64,000 bases of DNA from Octopus bimaculoides (GCF_001194135.2 NC_069006.1:16234640-16298639); one strand, 5' to 3'; positions 13,096 through 26,671 are shown, counted from the first letter of the stretch. Notes: generated by a model not told the origin, from the letters alone. Made by a program: numbers and translations.

Positions 13096-13313
13096 TACAA
13101 GGGGATTTTGAAAAGTTCCTGGCTTTAAGAGTATTGCGAAAGGCCTGGAGGCCCTACCTTCTGAGTTCTTTTACAGGGCTTTAGAAAAACTGAAGGACCA
13201 CTGCAATAAGTGTGTGAATCTGAGAGGGGAGTTTGTTCAATAAAATCATATTTAACTGATACTCTTGTATTTTCTTTTGCCCAAAGCCAGGAACTTCTCA
13301 ACACCCTTTTGTA
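13096..13313 (+). mobile_element. Mariner-derived MITE
   Basis: TIRs ggggattttgaaaagttcctggcttt and aaagccaggaacttctcaacaccc. Interior encodes the transposase end FFYRALEKLKDHCNKCVNLRG. Confidence 0.8.
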
Positions 13314-13773
13314 TATGATTCCATTCATACCAACAAGAGACTGTGTATCTGAAATGTAAATTTCCTAACATTTTTCTCACACATTTAGTCAATGCTAGCA
13401 CAATAAATTACCCGTAACCAAGAAATGTTTCACTCATAAATTCTTTTGGATTCAAAGTACCACTACACTGATTGTTCCACTCTGACAACCACAGCAAATC
13501 TGTCACCATAGATACAGTCTAGCCAACTGTTCTGACTTAACCGCTTGTCACAAACCTGAATGGATTTCTTTCACTTTCAGAGCTGCAACTACTAACTTTG
13601 ACCTAATGTTTATCTTGAATTAATGTCAAATCTGATATATAAACTAACTTTTGTACAATAACCTACCATTTGAAATAGACTGTCAGCTCTGAAATCCATT
13701 TCTTCTACTAGAATTCTTACTGACTCCCAAAACAACCCACTCCACCTTCCCTGAATCCTAATCTTAATCTTAA

Positions 13774-13993
13774 CCCTTTAGCAATGAAATTGGCCAAATC
13801 CAACCCAATTATTCTACCTGTTTTATGTTCAAACTGACCAGATCTGGCATGTCACACCTACCCTGTAATGTCATTCTAAGAATAAACAATCACATCATCA
13901 AAATCTCAAAGCTATAAGATAATAAATGATCAATTCAAAATAATGTGAATAAATAAGCATTACATTTGACAGAGCAATATGAACACCAAAGGG
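13774..13993. mobile_element. piggyBac-like MITE
   Basis: TTAA-cccttt...aaaggg-TTAA termini; homologous to 27671-27893. Confidence 0.75.
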
Positions 13994-14289
13994 TTAAACT
14001 TTCTTGACTTAAACATTTTATTTTTAATGCCTGACTGAAACCCAGCACATCATTTTCTAAGTCTCTCTAGGTCTCAATTGTTCATGCAAGGATGTCACAT
14101 ATCTATCTGCGAATCAAAGGGGAGAATTTGCAGCATCAATAATAACACATGTAATGACCTGGTTATTGAACACTGAAAGAACAAGGTCACCAACTTCACA
14201 TCAAGCCAGCTAGAAAAATATAATCAATATCACTTGGATAAATATTTCTAACTGCAGAGGATTCCTCAGCAAAATAAATCTATTTTTTA

Positions 14290-14740
14290 CACTGGAAATA
14301 GCAAACTTCCCAACTTCTACCATCTCATTAAGACACCACAAACCCAAACTGAAATTAAAAAAATTAAAAAAATAGGCCCATCATTTCTAGCTTGGAAGCA
14401 TCCTTATTGAAACTATCTTGGCTTCTATCCAAAATCTTGGAAGATATATTGCCTTACCTTCCCTAGAGATGTTAATAGCTCTAACAATGTCATTAGGAGA
14501 CTTAACGAATTAGATTCTACACTGAAACATAATAGATATTTTAAATCTAGATATCATTTCCATCTCTGTACCTGCTTTCCCAATAATCAACCTAATAACC
14601 ACAAGCATCATTTCTTGCAATCTCTACTGCTTCAGTCTTACATCCCCATTGTGAATGGTACCTACTTCCAGTTTGCTAACTCCACATACAAACAAACATT
14701 GACACTAACTATGAAGTTAAAGTCTATCAGGTATGCTAAC
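14290..14740 (+). pseudogene. Decayed Penelope-like reverse transcriptase fragment
   Basis: Manual translation with frameshift gives SKLPNFYHLIKT...NRPIISSLEASLLKLSWLLSKILEDILPYL, then FANSTYKQ. This matches the PLE RT motifs I recall (P.FY.L.K.HK, RPIIS, Y.Q..G). Confidence 0.7.
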
Positions 14741-15105
14741 CATCACATACTGTACTTGCTGGCCCATAAGACACACCTCTACAAGTTGTTGTAGTTCTTC
14801 TTCTTCTTCATCATCATCATCATCCACCTCCTCCTTTAACGGTCCATTTCCCATGCTGGCATAGTTTGGAGAGTTTGACCAGAGCTGGCAAGCCAGGGAG
14901 CTGCACCACGCTCCAGTCTGATTTGGCTTGGTTTCTACAGCTGGATGCCCTTCCTAACACCAACTACTTTACAATGTGTGCTGGGTGCTAACATGTCACT
15001 GATATGAGTGTTTTTAAATGGCACCGGCACGAGTGCTTTTTTAACATGTTCCATCATATACATATTGAAAGATATTTTGAAGTGATTTTGTCAGGGAAAA
15101 TGTAT

Positions 15106-15305
15106 AGGAGTGGCTGTGTGGTAAGTAGCTTGCTTACCAACCACATGGTTCCNNNNNNNNNNNNNNNNNNNNNNNNNNNNNNNNNNNNNNNNNNNNNNNN
15201 NNNNNNNNNNNNNNNNNNNNNNNNNNNNNNNNNNNNNNNNNNNNNNNNNNNNNNNNNNNNNNNNNNNNNNNNNNNNNNNNNNNNNNNNNNNNNNNNNNNN
15301 NNNNN

Positions 15306-15344
<39 letters not shown>

Positions 15345-15500
15345 ATATGTTTGTGTCTGTGTTTGTCCTCCCAAAAGAGACCAATAGAATAAGTACTAGG
15401 CTTCCAAAGAATAAGTCCGGGGGTCGATTTGCTCGACTAAAAGGCGGGGCTCCAGCATGGCCACAGTCAAAAGACTGAAACAAGTAAAGAGAGTAAGAGA
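15106..15500 (+). mobile_element. Family A SINE with gap
   Basis: Head at 15106 and tail gactgaaacaagtaaagagag. Confidence 0.8.
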
Positions 15501-15544
15501 TTCTGTACATGTAAATACAATCCCGACAGCATACAGAAATAATA

Positions 15545-15745
15545 TATGAGGGGGTACTGAAACATTCTTGGCTTTAAGGGTGTCATGAAAGACCTAGTTG
15601 AAGGCCCAACCTTCCCAGTTCTTTTACAGGGCTTAGAAAAACTAAAAGACTGCTGCAGGGAAATATGTTGAATAAAATCATAATTAACTTATTCTCTTGT
15701 ATTTTCTTTTACCCAAAGCTAAGAACTTTTCAGCACCCCCTTGCA
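15545..15745 (+). mobile_element. Mariner-derived MITE, same family
   Basis: TIRs gagggggtactgaaacattcttggcttt and aaagctaagaacttttcagcaccccctt. Confidence 0.8.
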
Positions 15746-16865
15746 TGATACCATAAATTTATCATCTATAAACTACATTATGCAAGCACCATATTTGAAT
15801 AATTTTTTTGAACAACTGTTTAGTTTTTTTTTATATATATTTTAGTCACGAGAATTGCTACACAAGATGTAAAACTCATATTTCTGGTTATGATATTTTG
15901 TATTACTATGATCAGCTACCAGGGTGGTATACCACCATTTTGGCTTTGTTGTTATGGTCAATAATTTGACATTCCTTTCATTTTTCTAGGAAAATTTTAA
16001 TTTAGATAATTAGAAAATGTTTTTTTAAGGTAAAACAGCCATCAAATAATATAAAATATTTATTAAGTCTGGGTTATGTGTACTTCAGAAGTGTATATAA
16101 TGAGATAATGTGACTTCGCTATATAACTGTTGACATACCAGAAGCAATTTTCATTAAGTTCATGCTAACCAACTGTGACATTTTAACTTGTTTTCAATAT
16201 TTCAGTAGTAGTAATAATAGGTATCATTATGAGTTTTTTGAAAATAATTAAATCGAACTTCTGTACTTTTTCTTGGACAGCAGCCAAAAAGAAACATTTT
16301 GATACTTCATTTGGGAAATTTGGATGAAATATCTTAGGAAATGTGACAATTGGAATGGTCAGCAAATTAGTTGAAATCTTGCCTAATTAGCCTAAATGAA
16401 TAATTGGCTATATTTGTGATGTCATATCTTTGAAAATGAGGTGATAATCATCTTCAAATGACACAAATTTAAAGTGACCATGGTATAGTAGCTGCCTTTT
16501 TTTTTTTTTCGGGTTTTCTTGAAAAGAAAATTTTTTTTGACAATTTAAAAAATATTTTATGAAAAGTCTTTTTGTTACATGTCACAAACAGACAATTTCA
16601 CAGTGTTTTCAGACATAGTTGAATTCAAAAGTACAAGCCATAAGGACCTAAGTTTTTGGCACAAACGTAGTAGGTGTAGAACTGAATAAATCCTGAGATT
16701 TTGGGGCATGATACCACTTCAGTAAAATTTTAATGGACTATCAAAAATATTTTGATCAAGGTCTTGAAAATGAAATAACGGCTACCCCCATTAAATAATA
16801 TCTTCACTAAAACCACCACCACAACAATTCTCAGTGCATGACATGTGTATGTGTACCTAATCATA

Positions 16866-17400
16866 TTCATCATCATTTAACAACTGTTGTCCATGCTGGC
16901 ATGGGTTGGGCAGTTTGACCAGGGCTGGCAAGCAGGAGAGCTGCACCAGGCTCCAGGCTGCTTTGGTATGGTTTCTGCGGTTAGAAGCCCTTCCGAACAC
17001 CAACCACTTTACAGAATGTGCTAGGTGCTTTTACATGGCACTGACATGAGTGCTTTTTACGTGCCACCAACTCACGACTCTTGTAAGCTGATCCTCTTCA
17101 CCAGGTGGGATGTAGCCATTACACTTCTGCTTTGGAGTATGGGTCTTCTTGAGTACAGCAAGGCACCAGGTATCTCGGTCCTTTGTAATCTCATCTGAAA
17201 GGTTCAGCACCCTGAGGTCGTCCTTCAGTACTTCATCCCTTGTCTTCCTGGGTTTCCTTCTTCCATGTGTTCCATCTACTTTGAGAGATCAGTGCTTCTT
17301 TATGGAGCTGTCAGCATCCATCTGCATCACATAACAAAGCCAGCACAATCTTCTCTCTTGCACACTGCATCTAATTCCGCTTATGCCTAGCACTCTGTCG
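16866..17400 (-). mobile_element. 5'-truncated RTE LINE 3' end (ORF2 C-terminus plus tail)
   Basis: Translation VQERRLCWLCYVMQMDADSSIKKH*SLKVDGTHGRRKPRKTRDEVLKDDLRVLNLSDEITKDRDTW matches the RTE LRWFGHV...GRPRKTW...DR..W pattern. Confidence 0.85.
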
Positions 17401-18252
17401 GAACATGTACACTTATCTGTATATAATGTTTCTTTTCTCTCACCACTACTATGTGCCCTCCCACAAACATTCTATTCTTTCTTTCTTTCCCTTCAACTTA
17501 TCATTTAACTGCATAACATAATAGCATTCCCTTAAAACATTTCCTTGTTCTAAACACACACACACTCTCTCTCTCTCTCTCTCTCCCTCTCTCTCTCCAA
17601 TTAACCACTTCACACAACACTGTACCATATGTAGGTACATTAGCAGATTAATATTATAGATAATAATAGCATTGGTTTTTTTCTAACAAGACACATGGCT
17701 AGAAATAGACCAAAGTCAACTTGACACCCTTATGATGACATTTATCATCTGTCTATCTTTCGTCCATATCAGGTTCCCTGTATCCCTGGTCATTAATGCC
17801 TGCTTGATAATTAATTATCAAAACTGTTGACAACTTTACAAAGCTAAATGGTTTGTCAATATATGATATATGATGCAGCGATGGGTGTCATAGCACCATT
17901 TCAAAAGCTAAGGTATATTAGTTGAGCCACTCGTGGCATAGCCATGGTGCATGAGTGTGTGCGTGTGTGTGTGTGTGTTAATGTGTGTGTGCGTACATGC
18001 ATGCATGCACTGTGGTTCCCACCAATTTTCTTCTATATTACCTTTCCAGATTACTTTCACACACAATCACAAATATACAGGCACAGGCATAACACTGGTT
18101 GAGAAGTTTGCTTTACAACCTTATGGTTTCAGGCTGGTTCTCATTGAACGGCACTCTGGGAAGTGTCCTGTACAAGAGCCTAGAGCAGATCAACACCTTA
18201 GGAGTGGAATTTGGTAAACAGGAACAGTATGGCAACTCATCACATGCACATG

Positions 18253-18444
18253 CATGTAAGTGAACATACATGTAAGTGAACATACATGTAAGTGAACATA
18301 CATGTAAGTGAACATACATGTAAGTGAACATACATGTAAGTGAACATACATGTAAGTGAACATACATGTAAGTGAACATACATGTAAGTGAACATACATG
18401 TAAGTGAACATACATGTAAGTGAACATACATGTAAGTGAACATA
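18253..18444. repeat. Perfect 16-bp minisatellite, (catgtaagtgaacata) x12
   Basis: 192 bp of identical units read directly from the sequence. Confidence 0.95.
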
Positions 18445-18490
18445 TATGTCTGTGTATATATGTCTTCACATAATGTATCAAGTAGCTTGA

Positions 18491-18538
<48 letters not shown>

Positions 18539-20039
18539 TACACACACACACGGGAATGTTACATCATGGTAAGCAGAAAACCCTTACTAGTTTAAATTTA
18601 TGGAGACAGCAGAAAAGGAATTGTCCTGCAAGAGTCCTGTGCCAGTGCCACATAAAAGCACTCGTGCCAGTGGCACGTTAGAAGCACCCAGCACACAGTA
18701 GAATGGTTTGGTACTAGGAAGGGAATCCAGCCATAGAAACCAATCCAAATCAGACTGGAACCTGGTGCAGCTTCCCAGATCTGGATAATGGACATGAAGC
18801 TGATGATGATGAAGACAGAAAAAAACACAAAAAGATGATTTAGATCATACGGCTTCCTTTTTAATTTCACTTAAATTAATTCAAATTAATAACATACTAC
18901 AATTTTGCAATTATACATTTGGTGGTGTTTATCTTGATGAAACAGCTGTCGAATACAATTAAAGCATGAACTATGTATGAAATTTATGCTTTACTTTTTT
19001 TTATGCTAAATATAATTATCATTATCATCTTTTACTTTTTTTCCTTAATTCAATCATTCCTTTATTTATGTTGTTGATATTGATGTTGCTGCTACTGGTG
19101 GTGGCAGCAGTGGTAGGGGGTGCTGGTGGGAGTGGGGGGTGAGGAGGAGGAGGAGGAGGAGGAGGAGGACAATGATAACAACTACAACAAGTAGGATGCC
19201 TAAAATGACAGTTCTCAAGATGACGATGATAGCAGTCATGATCTTGAAGATGATGATGATGATGATGATAGTGATAATGATGCTGAAAATAGTGGTGGAG
19301 ATGGTAATGATGATGAAAGATGGTAATAATGACAATAATAATGATAATGAGTAAAGTGATTATGGTGATTATGATGATGCTGTTGCTGCTATTTCAACCA
19401 AAGATGAAAGAAGGTAATTTAAATTTTATTTTTAAGAGAATGTATTAAAGCAAGACATATGTTGTTGATCTCTATTTCAGAAAATTTCTCATTTCTTTTT
19501 TTTTCATTAACTCCCAATCTTTTTTATTTAGTTTATTTATTTACATATTACTGTTATTTTTTTTTTCTAATTCTTATTTTTGCAACCAATGGCTTTTTTT
19601 TTTTTTTCAGTATTTTGTTTATTTTTTTTTTCTTTCACTGTTAATAAATAAAAAGAGAAGAAAGAAATTTGTGGATGACAAGTTTAGCTGGAAGATGTAG
19701 TAACTTGTTTTTTTATGTGTGTGCATGCACATGTGTGTGTGAAAGAGAATGAGAGAGAAAGAGCAAATGAGAAAGAGAGAATTTATGGCTGTCGAAAGAC
19801 AGTATCCATATATATGCCTGGGTAAAAACTATGGAATAAAATGACATGTATGCAATAATATTATAAAAGAAATGAGAAAAATTCTGCTCAATTTATAAAC
19901 GCTATTTTAACAGACACCTTTTTATTTATTTATGAAGCTCTGAACAATTTATAAAAACAGCAAGACTGACTGAAATATGAATAGCTGTTATGTTAAAATA
20001 TAATTATTTCACTCATATACATACATGTCCTCAGAGTGA

Positions 20040-20700
20040 AAGGTAGATAGTATGATGTTTGAGTACAAACAGCTATGCTGCATAGTATTGAAAGCATGGG
20101 TTGAGAATGTAGGGGAAATGCAATGGCTTGAAAAAAAATGAAACCAGGATGCTCTGTTGGAAATGCAATGTCAGTGTGCATGTATGACAAAAGTTAAACG
20201 TTTTGAGAGAAAGACTAGGTATAAGAAGCATCAGATGTAGTGTGCAAGAGAGAAGACGGCATTGGTGGGTTATGTGATACATATGGATGAAGATGGCTGT
20301 ATGAAGAAGAGCCAATCTCTAAATGTGGAGGGAACCTGTTGAATAGGAAGACCTAGGAAGGCGGCGAGCTGGCAGAAATGTTAGCACGCCGGGCGAAATG
20401 CTTAGTGGTATTTCGTCTGCCGTTACGTTCTGAGTTCAAATTCCGCTGAGGTCGACTTTGCCTTTCATCCTTTTGGGGTCGATTAAATAAGTACCAGTTA
20501 CGCACTGGGGTCGATATAATCGACTTAAACCGTTTGTCTGTCCTTGTTTGTCCCCTCTATGTTTAGCCCCTTGTGGGCAGTAAAGAAATAAGGAAGACCT
20601 AGGAAGACATGACAAATGATGTTCAGATGTTGAGCCTCACAGAAGAGATGAATGAGGAAAGATATGACTGGCAATTTACTGTGCTTGAGAAGACTTGTCC
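20040..20700 (+). mobile_element. RTE LINE ORF2 relic interrupted by a family B SINE
   Basis: Decayed LRWMC...VQERR...GRPRKT motifs continue across the SINE. Confidence 0.75.
20361..20590 (+). mobile_element. Family B SINE (tRNA head plus Meta-like core), young copy inside an RTE relic
   Basis: 16-bp TSD aggaagacctaggaag at 20345-20360 and 20591-20606. B-box-like gagttcaaattcc and core gcctttcatcctttnggggtcgat resemble the MetaSINE/Sauria core as I recall it. Confidence 0.9.
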
Positions 20701-20979
20701 AGCTAAGATCAAGGCCATAAAGGCATGTTGCTTATGTGAGTGTCCCTGACAGATGTCTTCCCCTACAACCCATCTTCCTAACACCTCTCCACTCCCTCCA
20801 CTAGTGTTCACCACAACATACCCTCATAACACCCATTACATTTGCCACCTCCTCTCCATCTCCCACTCTTCTTTTGTAATCTCACAAACTTACCCACCCA
20901 TTCCAATCCTTTGTTCCACTTCACTTACACACCAGGAGCAACATATATATTTATCCATTATTCATTTTACCATAAAATA

Positions 20980-21229
20980 AAGGGTTCCAGTTAAGGAAAG
21001 TTTACACATCGCTTGTTATATTTACTGATAATATTTTACATGTATTTACAACTGAAAATGACCATCCTTTGCTTTCACCATAGCCCTTAATCTTTTTTTC
21101 CTCTTCATTCAAATTGGTCCACATCTCAAGAGCTTCTTTCCAGTTTTGCACACTAGAGCATGAGATACGTGAAAAATCCTTCTCCAATACAGGCCATATT
21201 ATAAAATCCAAAGGGATAATATCAGGGTA
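20980..21229 (-). mobile_element. Tc1/mariner transposase C-terminal relic
   Basis: YPDIIPLDFIIWPVLEKDFSRISCSSVQNWKEALEMW resembles SPDLNPLD..IW..LE...LK.AL..AW. Confidence 0.75.
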
Positions 21230-23102
21230 TAGTAGACCAATAGAATAAGTATCAGGCTTAAAAAGAAAATAAGCACTGGGGTCAATTAGTTTGGCTAAAA
21301 TTCCTCAAGGTTGTGCCCCAGCATGGCTACACTCTGATGACTGAGGCAAGTAAAAGATAAAAGATATGTGGATATAAGTATACTTATATGTGCGCGTGTG
21401 TATGTGTGTGTGTGTGTATGTGTGTGTGTGTGTATGTGTGNNNNNNNNNNNNNNNNNNNNNNNNNNNNNNNNNNNNNNNNNNNNNNNNNNNNNNNNNNNN
21501 NNNNNNNNNNNNNNNNNNNNNNNNNNNNNNNNNNNNNNNNNNNNNNNNNNNNNNNNNNNNNNNNNNNNNNNNNNNNNNNNNNNNNNNNNNNNNNNNNNNN
21601 NNNNNNNNNNNNNNNNNNNNNNNNNNNNNNNNNNNNNNNNNNNNNNNNNNNNNNNNNNNNNNNNNNNNNNNNNNNNNNNNNNNNNNNNNNNNNNNNNNNN
21701 NNNNNNNNNNNNNNNNNNNNNNNNNNNNNNNNNNNNNNNNNNNNNNNNNNNNNNNNNNNNNNNNNNNNNNNNNNNNNNNNNNNNNNNNNNNNNNNNNNNN
21801 NNNNNNNNNNNNNNNNNNNNNNNNNNNNNNNNNNNNNNNNNNNNNNNNNNNNNNNNNNNNNNNNNNNNNNNNNNNNNNNNNNNNNNNNNNNNNNNNNNNN
21901 NNNNNNNNNNNNNNNNNNNNNNNNNNNNNNNNNNNNNNNNNNNNNNNNNNNNNNNNNNNNNNNNNNNNNNNNNNNNNNNNNNNNNNNNNNNNNNNNNNNN
22001 NNNNNNNNNNNNNNNNNNNNNNNNNNNNNNNNNNNNNNNNNNNNNNNNNNNNNNNNNNNNNNNNNNNNNNNNNNNNNNNNNNNNNNNNNNNNNNNNNNNN
22101 NNNNNNNNNNNNNNNNNNNNNNNNNNNNNNGCTCAAAGACAATATAATGTATTGTTATATTTATTTTTTTATATATTATTTTTTTACATATTATTTTTTT
22201 ACTTTTTTGTAAAAAACATTTTCATTCTCCCTCTTCTTGAAAATTTGCCATGCTATGAAAGCCGGTTAGAAATTCTTTTTACACATCTATATTAAAATAT
22301 GCTTTCAGTTTAGCATTCTGCCTTATTATTATTTTTCATTTATATATATATATATATATATATATACTCACACATATAGGCATACATACAGACATACACA
22401 CCCAAATTGTGTGTGAATGCATATGTTTGTGTCTAACACATTTCACTCACAACAAAGCCAACGTAAACCTATGGTGAAAGACACACTTGCTCAGAGTACT
22501 GAGCAGTGAGATTGAAACGGCAACCTCACAGTTGTGAACAAAACTTCTTAATAGTGAAATCATGGAAGGATATGTTTTAAATTGCTTTGTGAAAGCAACT
22601 TTCATTTTTCAATTAACAATTTCGTTTGATTCAGTTTCATATTCCTTTATTTATGATATTTTCTATGATTTTCAAAACCATTCGAAATATATTAAAGGGT
22701 TTGATAATTACATTTTATCTTTGATAAACTAACCTAAATGGGATCTACAGTTTAATGAGTTTTCATACAACGCTTCATATTTATTTCACTTTGTAATTAT
22801 TTCAAGACGCTATAGCGTCCAAAAACCATTGTGTGTGTGTGTCTGTGTGTGTATGTGTGTGTGCTTGCATGTGCACACACACACATGCAGTCTGTCTGTA
22901 TGTATGTATGTATGTATGTATGTATGTATGTATACAACAACAGCAAAATGCACCATTCAAATGCTGTATACACTTTCTGGCTCTGCTACATTACTACAAT
23001 AGATCATGTTCTTCTGAACTAACAAACTCTCCCTCCACCATCTTCACCAAAAAAGACTTACTTGCCTCTCCTCCCTCTCATTAGCTGTCTTTTTTTTCCC
23101 CC

Positions 23103-23345
23103 TCTACTTGTTTCAGTCATTAGACTGCAGCCATGCTGGGGCACCGCCTTGACATGAAGACACACACATAGATACAAACATATATATATGACAGGCTTCT
23201 TTCAGTTTCTGTCTACCAAATCCACTCACAAAGCTTTGATCAATCCAAGGCTATAGTAAAAGATACTTGCTGAAGATGCCACACAGCAGGACGGAACCTG
23301 GAACCATGTGGTTGGGAAACAAGTTTCTTACTGCACAACCATGCC
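23103..23345 (-). mobile_element. Family A SINE, internally deleted
   Basis: Homologous to both ends of family A. Confidence 0.75.
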
Positions 23346-24169
23346 TGTGATAAACATTTTCCTCAATCAAGTCAATGAGAGAAATTCTACACCATTGCTT
23401 CCTAAATTTATATTGTCAGGGAATCTTAACGCAGTTTTGCCAAAAATCATGGAACTCATACCTACATTGTATGGACAACCTATGCCATCCTAATTTCAAT
23501 GAGTCATTAAATGAAACAAAAATTGTTTCAGAGAAAGAATTTACTCTTTTTGCTTCAAAAAAAAAAAAATAATAACATTTTGAAAATGAAAAAAACTTTC
23601 ATTAAAACTCTATCAAAAGGTACCCTATCTTGTAGTATTCAATACCAGAATTTTTTTATGGGATTCACTTTGGGAAAGACTATGTGACTATTTGTTAGAA
23701 ATAGCAGCCAAAATTCTTTCAACCACACCTAGGTATCTTAAAAGAGGAAGAGCACATTGCATAACTGGGACACTGTGCCTGTGTCAAAAGACAGGATGGT
23801 TGTGGTTGGAATACCTTTAATCTAAGGCTTTCTTCATTCATCAAGGTTGACTTAGGACACAACAATTAATACATAAGTAACAAGAAATCCTTATTCCTCA
23901 TTCCCTACTTTTAAAGTAAACCCTTGATATCAATAAGTGCTTTGTAATTAATCTTAAACAAGCTCATGTAAATAGAGCAGTAAATGGCAAAATAGGTACA
24001 ACACCAGATATTTACACCAATTAGCAACTATCTACTACCTTTTAAAGTTTAAATCCTGCTGGTGTCGATTTACATTTCATCTTACCGTGCTCAATTTAAT
24101 CAACTAATCCCTTCCCGCAACATTCTGGCCTTGTGCCTATATTACAAATGATAATAAACATAATAATAA

Positions 24170-24625
24170 TCCTTTCTACTATAGGCACAAGGCCTGAAAT
24201 TTTGGGGAGGGGACAGTCAATTACATCAACTCCAGTACTTGACTGGTACTTGATTTATTGACCCTGAAAGGATGAAAGGTGAAGTCGACTTTGGTGAAAT
24301 TTAAACTCAGAACATCATGATGGATAAAATGCCACTAAGCATTTTGCCCAGCATGCTAACAATTCTGCCAGCTCACCATCTTAATGGTAATGATGATGAT
24401 GATGATAATGATCCTTTCTACTACAGACACATGATCTGAAATTTTGGGGGAGGGATAAAGCAATTACATCAACCCCAGTGCTTGACAGGTACTTATTTTA
24501 TCGACTCCAAAAGGATGAAAGGCAAAGTCAACCTCAGCGAAATTTGGACTCAGAATGTAAAGATGACGAAATACCACTAAGAATTTCTCTCAACGTCCTA
24601 ACGATTTTGCCAGCTCACCATCTTA
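24170..24625 (-). mobile_element. Two family B SINEs in tandem
   Basis: Two copies with (taa/gat)n spacers. Confidence 0.8.
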
Positions 24626-24726
24626 CAAATAATAATAATGACGGTCACTCCCGTCAATTTCGACATATGAGTGTTTCAAGGAAAGGATTTATATAACAAA
24701 AAAAAAAGATTAAATAAAATATAAAT

Positions 24727-25200
24727 AGGCGCAGGAGTGGTAAGTGTGGTAAGCAGCTTGCTTACCAACCACATGGTTCCGGGTTCAGTCCCACTGCATG
24801 GCACCTTGGGCAAGTGTCTTCTATTATAGCCTCGGGCCGACCAAAGCCTTGTGAGTGGATTTGGTAGACGGAAACTGAAAGAAGCCCGTCGTATAAATGT
24901 GTGTGTGTGTGTGTGTGTNNNNNNNNNNNNNNNNNNNNNNNNNNNNNNNNNNNNNNNNNNNNNNNNNNNNNNNNNNNNNNNNNNNNNNNNNNNNGTTTGT
25001 CCCCTCACCATCGCTTGACAACCGATGCTGGTGTGTTTACGTCCCCGTAACTTAGCGCTTCAGTAAAAGAGACCAATAGAATAAGTACTAGGCTTACAAA
25101 GAATAAGTCCTCGGATCGATTTTTTCAACTAAAGGCGGAGCTCCAGCATGGCCGCAGTCAAATGACTGAAACAAGTAAAAGAGTAAAAGAATAAAAGAAT
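24727..25200 (+). mobile_element. Family A SINE, near full length
   Basis: Complete head, CORE-like segment, (GT)n with gap, and 3' module. Confidence 0.85.
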
Positions 25201-25329
25201 ATAAAAGAATCTGCAATGGCTGCATGAATGTAATTTGAGTCCAAGAATGAATTTTGCTATGAAGTCACACTGGGGACAAGGATGATTTCGATTTTGCCTG
25301 AAATTGGACAAATGTGTCTGTTGATTGCA

Positions 25330-25620
25330 GGATTCTTTTATTCTTCAGTTTCTTCAACTCAAATTGTTTAAGCGCATCATGACACATTTAACACCATTCA
25401 GATTGATCTCAGCAATAACTTTCCCAAGATGTCCAATTAAGCTGTCAGGATTTCAGTGACTGTTTTTCACCTTATCCTTCTTTATACTTAAAGGTGTGTC
25501 TTCCTTTACCACAAAACCCCTCTACTTGTTGGCCACACAAAAGAATCCTTGGAAAGCAATCATCTTGCGTTCAAACAACATGTTCAAGCCATCTGCATGG
25601 AATTCTCAACAGCATGTTTA
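25330..25620 (-). mobile_element. Old RTE/BovB-like ORF2 C-terminal relic
   Basis: Decayed RWLEHVV...FPRILLCGQ..EG..GKGR..FKYK and SWE...DQSEW. Confidence 0.6.
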
Positions 25621-25722
25621 TGATACTGAAGATACCACATTTTAAAAAAATTTAGACATTTGGTATTTTATCTTGCCACTTTATGTTGCAGATATTGTGC
25701 AGACAGCACATGTGAAAAAAAC

Positions 25723-25782
<60 letters not shown>

Positions 25783-26119
25783 GATAATGGTTTCAAATTT
25801 TGGCACAGGACCAATAGTTGTTCAGGGAAGGGGAAAGTTGATTACATCAACCTCAGCACTTGACTGCCTCTTATTTTATCGACCCCTAAAGGACGAAAGG
25901 CAAAGTCGACCTCAGCAGGATTTGAACTCAGAAAATAAGGAGGGATGAAATGCTGCTAAGAATGTTGTTTTGTCTGGTGTGATAACGATTCTGCCAGCTC
26001 ACCACCTTAAGATAATAATAAGGATGATGATGAGGAGGAGGAGGATTTCAAATTCCGGCACTAGGCCAGACNNNNNNNNNNGCAAAATAACAATAATAAT
26101 AATAATAATAATAATAATA

Positions 26120-26373
26120 GCCCATAATCCTACGTAAAATACTGTCTATGTGATCTCAAATTTTAAAACAAACACATAATTTTCTTATGGTTTCTTAAAC
26201 ATTCTCTAGAACAACACTATGTACAAATCCAAATATATGGTACCCTAGGCATAACACGTACATGAACTTCTAACTTGTTGTCTCTTGAGGTCTCTGGGTG
26301 AGACTTGGATCCAACTTGTACAAATGCAAAACAAAAGTCAAACATACAATAATAATAATAATAATAATAATAA
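26120..26373 (+). mobile_element. 3' end of R4/Dong-like non-LTR element within (AAT)n
   Basis: gcccat(a)atcctacgtaaaatactgtctatgtga reads AHILRKILSM*, resembling the R4-clade GTAHILRKVL end. It is followed by a 3' UTR and flanked by (aat)n on both sides. Confidence 0.65.
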
Positions 26374-26399
26374 CCACTGCCACCGCTATTTTCATCATC

Positions 26400-26625
26400 A
26401 TCATTTAAGTGGTGAGCTTCCAGTATTGTTAGCACTCCAGGTGAAATGCTTACAGCCATTTCTTATAGTTTTCTGTTATGATTTCAAATGCCACCAAGAA
26501 CAACTTTGCCTTTCATCCTTTAGAAGTCAATAAAAGAAGCATCCGTCATTTACTGGGATCAATGTAATTGACTAACCTCCTCTCACTGGCACCAGTGGCC
26601 TTCTGCCAAAATCTGAAACCATTAC

Positions 26626-26671
<46 letters not shown>

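Noticed and set aside
14054-14069. 16-nt match tttctaagtctctcta shared with about 58485-58500
   Set aside because: A match of this length is plausible by chance in 64 kb of AT-rich DNA and does not extend.
18253-18444. CRISPR-like array (also considered for 62763-63447)
   Set aside because: Contiguous tandem units with no unique spacers, no cas genes, and a eukaryotic context.
19080-19410. Acidic D/E-rich coding exon
   Set aside because: Cryptic (GAT/GGT)n simple sequence with in-frame stops and no clear acceptor.
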